Source: Podarcis muralis | Lineage: Eukaryota | Assembly: GCF_964188315.1 (NCBI RefSeq) | Contig: NC_135659.1 | Coordinates: forward strand, 73,780,001 to 73,844,000 | DNA length: 64,000 nucleotides | Direction: 5' to 3' | Shown: positions 36,996-49,130 of the stretch, piece after piece | How the letters are laid out: every line of letters starts with the position of its first letter | Numbering within the stretch: position 1 is the stretch's first letter | Position numbers and translations under genes: made by a program | The notes under the pieces: model-generated | The model's database searches: none | The model's input: only the letters and a program-made list of their open reading frames with translations | What the model was told of the DNA's origin: nothing

Positions 36996-39819
36996 TATAT
37001 CAGTAAGAATCAGTTGGCAAAGACTCTCAGGTGTGATATCTACTTTATTTAAATGTTGCTTAACATTCACCCTGATGGACAGTTCTGGTGGACTCAAAAG
37101 CTTGCTTGTCATTTTGCAGCATTTTGGTTGGTCATAATAAAGTGGCTTTAAAAATTTTAAACACCACAATTTAAACACCTTAGCCATTTGTGCAAATGTA
37201 ATCTATCCCTTCCTCTGCTTAGTTTATTTGGTGGGTTCTCTTGCGGGGGGGGGGGGATCTTATTTATTCAGCATGCAAGAGACTGGCAGATATTAACAAG
37301 CAGCAGCACTGCTGTGAAGTAAGTGGTGTGCTTCATCCCTGCCTGTCCCTGCTCCACCTCACCAGAGCTGCTATCTTAGCTTAGTGACAGATAAGACACT
37401 GTTGCTTACCAGAAGGAAAAGGGAGAGAGAACGAGGTGGTGAGGATGTCAGCATGGTGCAAACACACCAGCAGTGCCACTAGATTGGCTCCGCCAGTGCA
37501 TTTACACTGTGCTGACCTCCTCACTGCCTTCCCCTCCTCATCCTGAAAGATGAAGTGACCCACCTGCTGGGAAGCTGGAATAGCAGCTCTGCTCTACCCC
37601 ATGAGTCACTTCCAGTGGGATCTACTTTGTTTCTAATTAGATCCCCAAGATTCACTGAGAGAGTGCCTGGTGCAAAAAACATACATTAAATAATTCTGAG
37701 TCCAGGACTTTGTTTTGAGTACTCGAACCGAACAGAGCTCACAGTCCTTCCACCCAAACACCCATTCCAGTTTACCCCCAATCTTTCTTCATTTCAAGTA
37801 GTATAATTTCAGGTGGAGAGGGATGATTCTGTTGCTGTTGTTGTCAAACAATTCATAAACATAATTCCTTGCACATCTACTGCAAATGGTTAGAGATTGA
37901 CCAGCAGGTCCCAATGTAACAGAAGCTCACCACTGCAAAAGGCAATGAGCTCAAGCAAATTCCATTGAAATAAGTCAGACACATTTCTAAGGAAACAAAT
38001 ACAGTCCCAGCTATATGCTGTGTATGAATGCCAACTTACTTGTCTCACAGACCTCTGAGATAAACTACCCTACCAGGCTTCTCCTGTGCTGCCTGCCATG
38101 CCTACAGGATCCATCCATTGGTGCCAAGTTGTATATGTGTTTGCTGCCATCATAATGGCTTCCACTGCAGCTCCCTGCCTAGGTAATTGCAGCAAGCCAT
38201 CACTGTCGTGTGTAGGCCCCAAAAGGCATTGAACTAAAGGCTCTGGATAGGAAAGGGGTCATTATGAAGGAGGAAGGAGCAACCATCTGCCTTTGAGCCA
38301 AATCATAGTCCTTTGCAAATCCAATTGGACAGAATCAGTGGGATGTGGCGAGATAACTTCTATAGTTAGGCAGAGGGGATGGAGGAAAACCAGGAGAAAA
38401 AGGCATCAATTCAATAAGATGTGGGGCAAGTATTAACCTATTTGGAAAGCTGTCAGGATGTATTGACACTTCTGGCTGGGAAATCACATTCCACCAGCTG
38501 TGTTTTCCCTGGATTGACGTTTGCTCTGATTTAGCACTAAAGAGCGGGGTTTTTTCCTGGGAAAAGAGTGGGTTAAAGGCAAGGGTAAAACTAGTGCTTC
38601 TGAACTTCATTTGCTGGGGAACATGAGTGTGGAGAGTGCTGATGTGTTCAGGTGCTGTTTGTGGGCTTCCAATATGTATCTGGTTGGCTGCTGTGAGAAC
38701 AGGACACTGAGCTATATGGGTCTTTGGCCTGATCCAACAGAGCATTTATGTTCTTTGATATGCAGGGAAAGGAACCGTATAGCATAATGGAGTAAGTAGG
38801 TTCATCCCTGAAGTCCCTAATTGAAAGCTTTCCTGGGCACATAAGTAGGCCTTAAGGCTAGCCTCCATGGGCAACAGAGTTGGGGAAAAGATAATGTGAT
38901 ATAGTAGGGTTCTGAATTCAAATCACTAATCGGCCACTCGCTCTCTTCTAGTCTAACCTATGTCACAGGATTGTTGTGGCAACAACATAGGAACACTTTG
39001 TTCCTCCATGAAAATGCTGTTTTCTATGGTCTTGAGACTTCCAGCAGATCCCTCATGGGGTGGTTGCATGTCAGATTGATTTGCTATAGCCCTGCCCACG
39101 GGTCTGACCAGACAGCGCTTTGTAATAAGTGGGTGCAGTTATTAGTGATGCATTGTGCTGATTAAATAGGCTGCGCTGATTAATGGAAGCCCTTTGCTGT
39201 AGGAACAGATGGAAGCTGAGCAGATAAAGGCAAAGTGATAGGAAGGAATTTCTCTGACAAACAAATCCAAATGTTCCCTCTTCTAAAGGATTATTGGAGA
39301 TCCGATCTTGATGTCTCTCCTCTGGTTCTGGATGAACGTGCTGCCAGTTTTCAAATACTTAAAAAGACAAAAGGGTGGAATCTACACACATATAAAAAAC
39401 GCTGTGAAAATGCTTTTTTGAAAAAAAAACGTTTTGAAAAATACATTGAATTTGGCAAAGCTCACTGTTGCCATCTAGTGTCACGTTTGTATGTTGCGGT
39501 TTACAGCACATTTAAAACGTTTTATTTGCAGCTGTATAGCTGAGTCCAAGAAAGCAAGCTATTTACCTCATTCACTGAGTTTTGACAAGTTCAGAGCCAG
39601 CATAGCACAGGGTTTAAGAATATTGGATAGTATTCCACAACATGTGCTTGGCATAATAATAGTGTACTGGGCGGTGCATTTATTCTGCTTTATTAACAGT
39701 CCTTCTGATGCTTCTTAATGCTACCAGTTATGCTGTCCAGATGGACTATACTGCAGCAAAAGCAAGCCATGAAAACCAGAGCATTTGTTCTTGGGGTGGG
39801 GTATGGGTTGTCCTCCTTT

Positions 39820-40010
39820 AGTTGTGCTATAGCCCCTACAGCAATAATGTGGTGGATTTGAAGAAGCATCACAGAACAAACCAAAGCTAGGCTGAGGGGA
39901 GCTGACTGGCCCAAGACCACCCAGTGAGCTTCATGGCTGAGTGGAGATCTGAACCATAGTCTCCCAGGGCCTAATTCAGCACTCTTAACAGCTACACCAC
40001 ACTGGCTCTC
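39820..40010 (-). mobile_element. MIR/CORE-like SINE
   Basis: ggcccaagaccacccagtgagcttcatggctgagtggagatctgaacc...ctacaccacactggc. Confidence 0.7.
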
Positions 40011-40526
40011 CTATAGCTCGTATGGCTCTCTCGTACAGCTACTCCCATGGCATCAAGAGCACAAATCCTCATGACTGTGCAATGAAATGGAAGACTGAAG
40101 GGCATCTTAAGTTACAAGCTGAATTACAGTGGAGCAAGGGAATGGCAGTGTTGTGCCAAATGCTTTAGAGGAATGGTGGGCTTTGGGGAAGGATTTAAAG
40201 AAAGGGAAAGAGCATCACAGAGGTGTTCAGGAATGCTATATCATGGGGGCAGCAAGGGAGAAAGTGCAAAGTCTTTGGAGGGAGCAAGAAACCTCCTAAG
40301 ATGGTGAGGGATGGAGGAGCTGGAGGAACAAAGATCTTAGGCAGGGATATATCTGAATATAAATGAACCATGCCACCTATCTCCCACTGCTGTGGTCAGG
40401 GGGACTATGGAAAGGGGCAGTTGTCTGAGCTGTGACAGGCACACACAGAAACTCACACAATGGTGATCTACTTTTCCTTACAGTATTCCTGACTGGTGCT
40501 TAGCACATGCAACACAAGGCTTAGGG

Positions 40527-40858
40527 CAGGGGTCAGCAAAGTTTTTGTGGCTTGGGCTGGTTCATGGTTCCGCAGACGCCGCGGTGGGCCAGAGTGCGCA
40601 CGCACGCATGCACAAACACCATTTCTGGCGCACCTTCCGGCATGGAGGAGTTGTGCGGAGCTTCCTGCAGCCAATGGGAAGCCAGCCAGTGTTGCAGAAG
40701 GTGGTCCCTGCTCTGCTCTGCAGTGGTTTAGTGCAGCGCACGGGAGCCGACAGAGCAGGTGGCCGGGGTCCCTGAACAGGTGGTGGGGGGTTCATGGGCT
40801 GGTTAAATTTTCCCCAAGGGCCACTTGTGGCCCATGGGCCTTAGGTTGCCAAACCCTG
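40527..40858. mobile_element. hAT (Charlie-like) MITE
   Basis: CAGGGGTCAGCAAA ... TTGCCAAACCCTG with perfect 8-bp TSD GCTTAGGG (40519-40526, 40859-40866). Confidence 0.9.
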
Positions 40859-41540
40859 GCTTAGGGCCTCCTTCGCCCACCTGGTGCCCCCACCCCCAGC
40901 TAGCTGGGGCTGGTGGGAGTTGGCATCCAAAACATCTGGGTTGGCATAAGAGAAGCCACACTTGTTTTCTTTGCCTGCATGTGAGGGGAAGTAGGTTAAC
41001 CGTAATCAAAGCGAACAGGCTACTCCTTGCCTGGGGCACCCTGTAGGGTGAGAGAACTCAACCCAGCCATCTTGCAAGGTGTTTATTTCTATAGTAAAAG
41101 TGAGGAAGGCCCAGCAGGCAGCCCAGTGGGAATGCAGTTGAGAAGGCACTATGTGTAGGAGGCAGAATAAAGAGAAATGGCCGTGATGAATTGGGATGAC
41201 GGTTCATGCAAGGGTTCCCTTCTCACCCTTCCTCCAGGCCATCTGAGTTCCTCGTGATTCCATCAGTGTTTGGCCTGAATGAATTTTCCCTTTCTTTGGC
41301 AGGCCTTTGCACTGAAGCCAAGTGAAGAACCTTATGATTGCACTATCTACGTAACTCAACTCAGATAAGACTCCGCTTAGGAAAACAAGCAGCTCCCGCC
41401 CTTGGCAAGGAATCCGTCCATCCAACACTCCCCAACTCGTGCTCCTGCCTCCACACCAGCTTCCACACGCTCAAGCCAGCGCCTACAAACTCATCCCCGC
41501 CTTTCGTTCCCAAGTCCACCTCTGAAATAATTCTCCAGCC

Positions 41541-41664
41541 ATGTTCCAGCGCCTCACCAGCCTCTTCTTCAGTGACAGCAGCGCACCTGAGGACCTTGAG
41601 GAACCTAAGCCGTTTGTCTCTAAAGAGGAAGAAGAAGATGGGTGGCTCATTATTGATCTTCCAG
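41541..41664 (+). CDS. TP53INP2: TP53INP2 (DOR) coding exon 1: MFQRLTSLFFSDSSAPEDLEEPKPFVSKEEEEDGWLIIDLP, containing the LIR motif WLII
   Basis: ATG at 41541 (ccagccATG) with an in-frame TGA 5 codons upstream. The translation matches the TP53INP2 N-terminus (MFQRL.SLFF ... acidic-GWLIIDLP) rather than TP53INP1. Donor CAG/GTGAGA at 41664/41665, phase 1. Confidence 0.96.
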
Positions 41665-41826
41665 GTGAGAAATATGAGAGGGAATGATCAGGGTCAACCT
41701 AGAACGGGTGCTGGGGCAGGGCACCTCTGGCCCTCCAGATGTTGCTGAACTTCAACTACCATCATCCCTGGCCGTTGGCCATGCTTGCTGGGGCTGATGA
41801 GAGTTATAGTTCATCAACATCTAGAG

Positions 41827-41949
41827 CAGGGTTTCCCCAGCCTTGGGTCTCCAGCTGTTTTGGGACTACAATTCCCATCATCCCTGGCCACTTTGTCCTG
41901 CTAGCTAGGGAAGATGGGGGTTGTAGTCCAAAAACAACTGGAGACCCTG
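41827..41949. mobile_element. hAT MITE nested inside a related MITE (outer element about 41710-41990)
   Basis: CAGGG ... CCCTG with perfect 8-bp TSD ATCTAGAG (41819-41826, 41950-41957). Confidence 0.85.
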
Positions 41950-42827
41950 ATCTAGAGGGCCAATGGTTCCCTGTCCCTGACTTAAGAGCCATAACTCTCA
42001 AACTGGAGAATTGAGGAGTTGTGGTTTGTTGCTACTAGATAATAGAGCTCCTTCCTGAGGGCTAGCAGCTCAGCTTTCTTCAACCATAAGCAGTTGTTTC
42101 TGTGGGAAGAGTAGTGTCAGTGTGTGGAGGATCTGAAGCTCAGTCTGGACAAGATTTGCCTGTGGGGCAGCACTGGCCAGGAAGGGGGTAGAAAGAGGCC
42201 ACCAGTCCTGAGCAGGAGGTGTGGGGAGCCTCCAGGCCCCTATTCGCAGGTGCCATGAGGGAGCCATGGAAAGAGGTTGTGGCTGGGGTCAGTACCATTT
42301 AGGTGTGTGGTTGCTTAGTGGAGTCCTCTCCAAACAAGTCTGTAAGTCTGTCCCAGCCTCCCTCTTTGCAGCTTACCATTTGTGTTTGCATTTTTCCAAT
42401 TCTCTCCAACGAAATAATACTGGGTGGTATTCAACTATGTTTTACTCAGAATAGACCCACTGAAATTAATGGGCCAAGCTTAGTCATGTTCATTACTTTA
42501 AATGGGTCTACTCTGAGTAAAGCTTAGCTGACTGCTACCCCTAACTCGTACTCTGTCTTCTTCCTTCCCCTGTTTCTTATTGTCTCACACCCACATAGTC
42601 TCTGCTTCTTCAAACCTTCAACGCTGAGCACTAAAACTAGAACTCAGCTGTAAGCTGAGCTACCCTTGGCTTTGGTAGTGTTTCCCAAAATTCAGATCAG
42701 TTTGCAAAAGGCAGTTTAAGAGGTTCCACAAAAGGCAGAACTTTCTAAGTAGTTTTGGTTCTCTAGGTTTTGGAATGAAAGGTGTTGCTGTGCCCTCCAC
42801 GGATCAGGGGATAACTGAAAAATTTCT

Positions 42828-42829
<2 letters not shown>

Positions 42830-42873
<44 letters not shown>
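42830..42873. repeat. (AC)22 microsatellite
   Basis: Direct reading. Confidence 0.97.
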
Positions 42874-42875
<2 letters not shown>

Positions 42876-44049
42876 TGAGAAGGTCATGCAGCTAACTACA
42901 GCTGGAGACCGAATTCTGGACTGCATGGACCTTTGCTATGGCCTAGCAAAGTGAATGTATCCTAATTTTGGCTACACTACCTAGGGTGGAAGATGATTCT
43001 GTTCTGCCTGGAAGTCACAGCTACCTGCAGATGCCGGAGTGTCTCACAAACCTGGTTCTGAATAAGGCACTCAGGTGTATAGTGCCACTTTTCAACCAAG
43101 CTAGAACTCTTGTAGCTCTATGAGTCAGTTATCTTGCCTGTTGCCTGTCTTTTCCTTCTCCGGTGATGCGGCAGCCCAGCTGCCTGTCCTTCTTCTCCAA
43201 CTCTCCTGGCCTTATTGGTTGCATGATACAGCAGCAAACAAGGGAAGGAAAGCAGGCATCTGGGCAGTTGCTTTTCCCTTGGGCTCATCTTATGCAACAA
43301 ACACAAAACTCCCTAGCTGGCTATTCCTGACTTATCCTGTTCCCAACTTAGCATGTATTTCTCTCTCAGTGCTGAGCCCGTTCTATATGCCTAAAATGGA
43401 AGCAGAGAGAAAGAATGAGTTAAGGGTTGGCAGCCAAGTGCAGCCAGCAGATTAGCTCTGCCTTTTGCAGGCAGATCCAGGCTCCAGGGTGGATCTCAGC
43501 TGGCGAGTGAGCTACCTCCTTGCTCATCACAGAACAATTGTGATAGAGGCTATCCTTGCCATTAGGGAGCCTTGGCTTTAGGCTGGCTATAATTTTGCTC
43601 TGATCTTGTGTTCAGGATTCAGTTGTGCCATTGTTCCTAATCCATACTCTAATTCCCAATCCTGGCAATAGCAGCACTTGCAAGAGCTTCATACATCAAA
43701 TGCCCTGTTCTTCCAATGAATGGGCTGGCACCAATGAATGAATGCAGCAGGCTGATTTCATAAAATCTGAAAGCATCATGTCGTCTTTCTTGAAGTCAAA
43801 CTACAGTCAGCATTTTTATTTTTGAGCATCCGCTTTATGCTAAAAAAGCCACAAGTACTTGTTATTTGGTGATGGAATAGATGGAGACATTTTTTTCCTA
43901 GCGGCTGAAAGTATTTTTCTCTCTCCGTCCTTCCTTCTTTTTGAGTGATGAGGTCTATTTATAAGCATCATCTACCTTGATTGAATGCAGCCTGGCTGTA
44001 GTTCTTTATTGATTCCTTAATAGAGTGGAACTCTGGTTACCTACTGTCC

Positions 44050-44263
44050 TCCTTACAAACGCTTCAGGTAATGAGCTCCGCTAACCTGGAAGTAGATGCT
44101 CCTGGTTGCGAACTTTGCCCCGGGATGTGAGCGGAAGTCACGTGCCTGCAGCACAGCAGAAGCGGGAGGCCCCGTTAGTAAAAGCGCGCCCCATGTTAAG
44201 AACAGTTTTGGGTTAAGAACGGACCTCTGGAACGAATTAAGTTTGTAACCGGAGGTACCACTG
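44050..44263. mobile_element. Older, partial copy of the CAGTGGTACC MITE family
   Basis: Right end gaggtaccactg-TA is intact; the left end has decayed. Confidence 0.75.
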
Positions 44264-44402
44264 TATACACAGAAGTGTCAAAAAAAGTGTCAAAAATACA
44301 CAGAAGTGTCAAAACTTCCAGACATGAAACCTGATTCTAGATCTACAGCATACTAAGTGAAAGTTGATCCATTTGGGCAAATGAAGCACTGCCCCACCAA
44401 CC

Positions 44403-44697
44403 CAGTGGCGGAGGAACGGTATGGAGTGCGCATGTGTGGCATTCCGTGCGTGCGCAGTCCGTATGGAATGTTGCACATGCGCACTCCGTATGGGCTGCTG
44501 CTTACATGGTGTCCATGTGGGCTGCTGCACGAGCAACATCACATACGGACTGCGCATGTGCGGTATCCTGTACGGACGCCGCATGAGCGGCACCAATACG
44601 GATTGTGCACAGCTGAGGGGAGGCAGGGGCCATCTTGTCACCCCCCCAAGTGGCACACGGGGTGACCAGCCCCCTCCACCCCCTTCCTCCGCCCCTG
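44403..44697. mobile_element. hAT MITE, CpG-rich, with internal hairpin
   Basis: CAGTGGCGGAGGAA ... TTCCTCCGCCCCTG TIRs with perfect 8-bp TSD CACCAACC (44395-44402, 44698-44705). Confidence 0.9.
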
Positions 44698-46866
44698 CAC
44701 CAACCTCAGTCTGCCCTCAGACAGCCCCACCTGCCTAACTTCTTTCTTACAACCAGTCCAAGGGATAGCACTGCCTGTATCTCCTTCTCCTTCTCCGTCT
44801 CAAGTGTTGCCCTTGTAGAATTCAGCAGGAACGAGGATAGGGGTAAAAGTAGAATTATTTGGCGGTGCCTGTTATTGGCTCTGGCTCTTCCTAGCATTTA
44901 TCTCCCTGCTTTCTGCCCTATCAGCCTTCTTCATGGGCTCCAGCTTTGTGTTGCCAGCTTTTGAATCCATCTCTGTTGCTGTTCCTTTAAAACTGGATTG
45001 ATCTGGAGCATCTAGCAGGTGATCATGTTTAGCTTTAGCTGCTGGTTTTTGCACAGGTGTCATAGAAAACAGCTTTTTCTGAAAGCAATTCTTTCCAGTA
45101 CTTCTCTAGGAGAACTTTGTGCTTTCTTTTATTTTTAAAAAGATTGGCTTGATATTGTTGATAACTCACATGACATACCACTTTTAAAGAATCAGTGCTA
45201 ATTCAAGGTCTCCTTCACCAAATCCAAAGAAGTTTATTCAAAACCTACTCCCAAGTAAGTGTGTTTAAGGCTGCATCCTTCGCTTTGAAGGTCTTCGTAG
45301 CTGCCTAGCTGCTAGTTTCTCAGGCAAGTGAAAGCTCCTCCATCTTAGTCACTGATTTTTGCCTTTGCCATTTTGCTGAGCGGAAGTCAGATGACTCAGC
45401 ACCCAGTGGCAACCAATCTATGACCCTTTTTGCTTGCAAATTTAGCAGAGAGAACCCAAGTAAACTATGCTGTGCGTCGCATAGATCCACCCTTTTCTGT
45501 TCCTACTGACAATCCATTGCCATGTGTGTGTGTGGGGGGGGAACATCCACCAGGCTCATGCTTGTGTTACAGATATTTTTAGATAGCCTAAGAGGGAGCT
45601 AAGAATAAAGCTACCTATCAGTTGGAAAGCAAGCCCTGTTTGTTATGTCCTCAAAATGCTTTTTGCCTGGCGTTTGGAGATTGCCTGAGGGTCCCTGCAG
45701 ACTGAGGTGTTTTGTTTTGTTTTACAGGTGTACTTTCAACATGTCATTGACACAATAATAGTACATTAGTGGTGGATTGACTTGACTATCCGCACATCGC
45801 TTTGATTTACCAGTTGTTCTGTGATGTTTTCCCCAGTGTTTTCCTGCATTGTAGCCAAATGAAAGGGCGCTCTTGTGTAACAAAAGTGAGACCAAAAATC
45901 CCAGGGATTAAACCTGGCAGGTGCTCTCCCACTCTCCCCCTGGGTCATCCCCCAATGTGTGAATGTTGAGATAAGGGGCAGGAAGAGCATTTCTCTTCTC
46001 CTAGTTCACTGCACAGTAATAATGAACATGTGGGCATAAATCTGACTGTATTCAGTTAGGATTACTCTCTGAGTGGGTTTAACATCCTATCCTTGATAAT
46101 CTGAAAAGGCCTCGCTCCTTTCTCAAAGCTTTACAGTGATCAGAAACTCAGTTTCTGTTTTTGCTCATCCCACTCCCTCTCTCAGCTTCCACAGCCCAGA
46201 CTAATAACAAAACAAGGCTGTCCCAAGACGTTTGCTCCACACCAAGAAAAACACAATTACCTTGGAAAACCACATCTAGCAATACTGCCGGGCAACAGAT
46301 GCCGCAACACTGATTTCAGCTTCACTTCCTGTCCTCACCTTTACTGTATGCAGTGCAACTTGTTGCACACAGAGAGGGAACAAAAGAGACTGGCCTGTAT
46401 TTGAGTGAGAAATACATCTGGTGTATTCATTAGTTGCATGCTTTGAAATACAAAGGTGCCTAGTACAAAGAAGGAAGCCCTGGCTAGGAAACTGAAATGT
46501 GGCACACAGGGAGAAGGTGGAGAAACAGAGAAAGCTAGCCATGATGGCTGAGGTTGATGGGAGTTGGAGTCCCAGCTACATTTGAAGTACCTTAGGTTTC
46601 CTTTATCTGATCTAGAGCCATAGGAGCCAACTCCTAGGCAGGCCCCCACAAAGTTGATGGGCATTCACATTCAAACGGGGTGTGTGCACTGCATCATGTG
46701 ATTGATTCTGTCAGACGGGGCTTACCTGGGCCCCCCCACAATATTTTATTCAAGTTGATACCCCTGTCTAAAGCACAGCTTAATTTGAACCAGGGTTTGG
46801 CCAAGGACTTATTTCCAAAACCTGGCCTCTGGGAGGAGAAGCAACATGTTGTCATTGCCTTATAAC

Positions 46867-47035
46867 CAGTGGCATAGTGTGGGGGGTGCAGGGGGGGCCG
46901 GCCGCACCGGGTGCAACATCTGGGGGTTAGTGTTAGGGGGCACAAATCCACGGGTTAGGGGGCGCAAATCCGCGGGTTAGGGGGCGCAAATTACTTGCCT
47001 TGCCCCGGGTGCTGACAACCCACGCTACGCCACTG
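46867..47035. mobile_element. hAT MITE with G-rich 22-bp internal tandem repeats
   Basis: CAGTGGCATAGTGTGGG ... CCCACGCTACGCCACTG with perfect 8-bp TSD CTTATAAC. Confidence 0.9.
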
Positions 47036-47443
47036 CTTATAACACAAGTTAATGATAGTCAGTCTGTGCACATCAGGGATTAGGGGAGAGAGAGAGAAAA
47101 TTTCTGAGGTAGAGGATGTAGCTTCTAGCCTTGACTGATATTCCGCACTTCTATAAAATAGAAGAAAGGAATTGGGCCAGGCCTGCCATTAGACATAGCG
47201 AAGGGGACACCTCAGGCAGTAGATGCTGGGGTGGTGGGCAGTGGTGGGCAGGGGTTAGAGGGCAGAGCTTTGTGTGCCACCCCATGCAGCCCGCCCCTAA
47301 CTAGTCTGTTGCTCTCAGGTGCAGTGAGGGATGCTGTCCCATTGCCAGAGTCTTGATGCCAAAATCAGAGCCTTAATTCAAGATCTCTGTGAGCACTTAA
47401 CCATGGGTGCCATTTTCTCCAACTTCTTAACTGCTATGCTGTA

Positions 47444-47685
47444 CAGTGGTACCTTGGGTTACAGATGCTTCAGGTTACAGACGCTTCAGGTTACAGACTC
47501 TGCTAACCCAGAAATAGTACCTCGGGTTAAGAACTTTGCTTCAGGATGAGAACAGAAATTGCGCCGTCGCGGCACGGCAGCAGCAGGAGGCCCCTTTAGC
47601 TAAAGTGGTACCTCAGATTAACAACAGTTTCAGGTTAAGAACAAACCTCCAGAATGAATTAAGTTCTTAACCCGAGGTACCACTG
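47444..47685. mobile_element. Same CAGTGGTACC MITE family, opposite orientation
   Basis: TIRs and TA TSDs present; the interior is the reverse complement of the 2686 and 17768 copies. Confidence 0.92.
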
Positions 47686-49108
47686 TATTATTCCAATTAG
47701 CCCATGTTGTTGACAATGATGTTGTTAGCAAAAAATGGCATGATGAGCAGGATTAGTGAGACTGATGGGCACATCAGGAAAATGCTTGAAGGAAAACAGT
47801 TTCCTTAATTTATCTAGGTTAGAGGCACATTTTGAAACTTTTAACACAACAACCCCACTCTTTTCTTTTTCCCTTTGTTTCGAAAATCTAAAAATACTTC
47901 AGTTCAAGGGGTGGGGGACCTGTGGTCCACCAGATGCTGTTAGGCTCCAGCTCCTGTCAGTCCCAGGCAGTGCAGTAAATGGTTAGGGATAATGGGAGTT
48001 GTAGTCCAGCAACATCTAAAAGGCTGCAGATTCTCCACTCCTGCTTTAATAACACTTAACATGCTTGTTGATATTTTGGTCTGTGTGTTCATTCAGCTAC
48101 ACACCCTGCCAAGAAGCGATGCTGTTTACATTTTCTTTTCTTTTTTAAGATCCTGCATTCCTCCTGTCAGTCAGGGCTAATTATTGCCACCTTCTTCCTG
48201 GTACTGGAATTGCACAAGCCCTAACCAAGGCCCCAGTGAACCTTTCACTGAATTATATCTTTGGTGATGAGCTAATACTGTCTAGATTGAGTAACATCCT
48301 ATGAGACACAGGGCCAGTTAGCTGGACCAATGAGATGCAGCCGTGTTGCCAAATGTTTGAGAATTCTTGCACATATGCATGAATAAGGGGCATCCATAAG
48401 AGGAATGAGACACTTTGCATTCTCATACTGAAATATACAAGATTTTCTCACAACAAGAAAACCCAACACTGCAAAACTGTGTGTGTGTGCACGCGCATGC
48501 ACGTGTGCAAGGGTTTTAAAAACTATTAAAACTATTTTTCCCCATGATCAGTCCTCAATTAACCTTCAACAATGGATCTCCCAAGTAACCTTTGACTTTA
48601 AAGTAGCTGCGTGGGAGCTCTGATTTTGATTAGAGGAGTTGCTCTGTTAATTGACCTCTCTCTAGAGGGCCAAACAGAAGCTGGATAGAGGGACATTGTG
48701 TTTTTCTCCTAGCAGAGCTAATAGCAGCTTGGGGGCGATTTAGAACAGGGAAACTGCACAGGGAAAAGGGTTAAACACATGTTCCTCCAGTGCAACTGCT
48801 AATCTAAACTGGATGGACCTACAACATTGTTCAAGTAGCACCCTCACCCCCCCAAAAAAAGTTTGGACATCCACTCACAGATCTGCCATATGATGTCATT
48901 TTGGCCCTCTAACCCATTTTGCAGCCCTCAGGCAGTACCTCCCCACATATCTAATAATAGTGTGAGATCCAGTGTTAGATGGCATGATACCCAGTGTGGG
49001 GAGGCTAACTCAGGTCTGTCACAAACACTTTGCAGGCATGCCTTTTGACATTTTGGTCATGTTTTGTGAGATGACCTAGGATAGCCAGAGTAACTCACAC
49101 TGGCAGAA

Positions 49109-49130
49109 AGAGAGAGAGAGAGAGAGAGAG
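49109..49130. repeat. (AG)11 microsatellite
   Basis: Direct reading. Confidence 0.95.

Noticed and set aside
39469-39481. CTCF-like motif TGCCATCTAGTGT (others at about 3985 and 50170)
   Set aside because: Each has a mismatch or indel in the core, and the first lies in a repeat; not distinguishable from chance without ChIP data.
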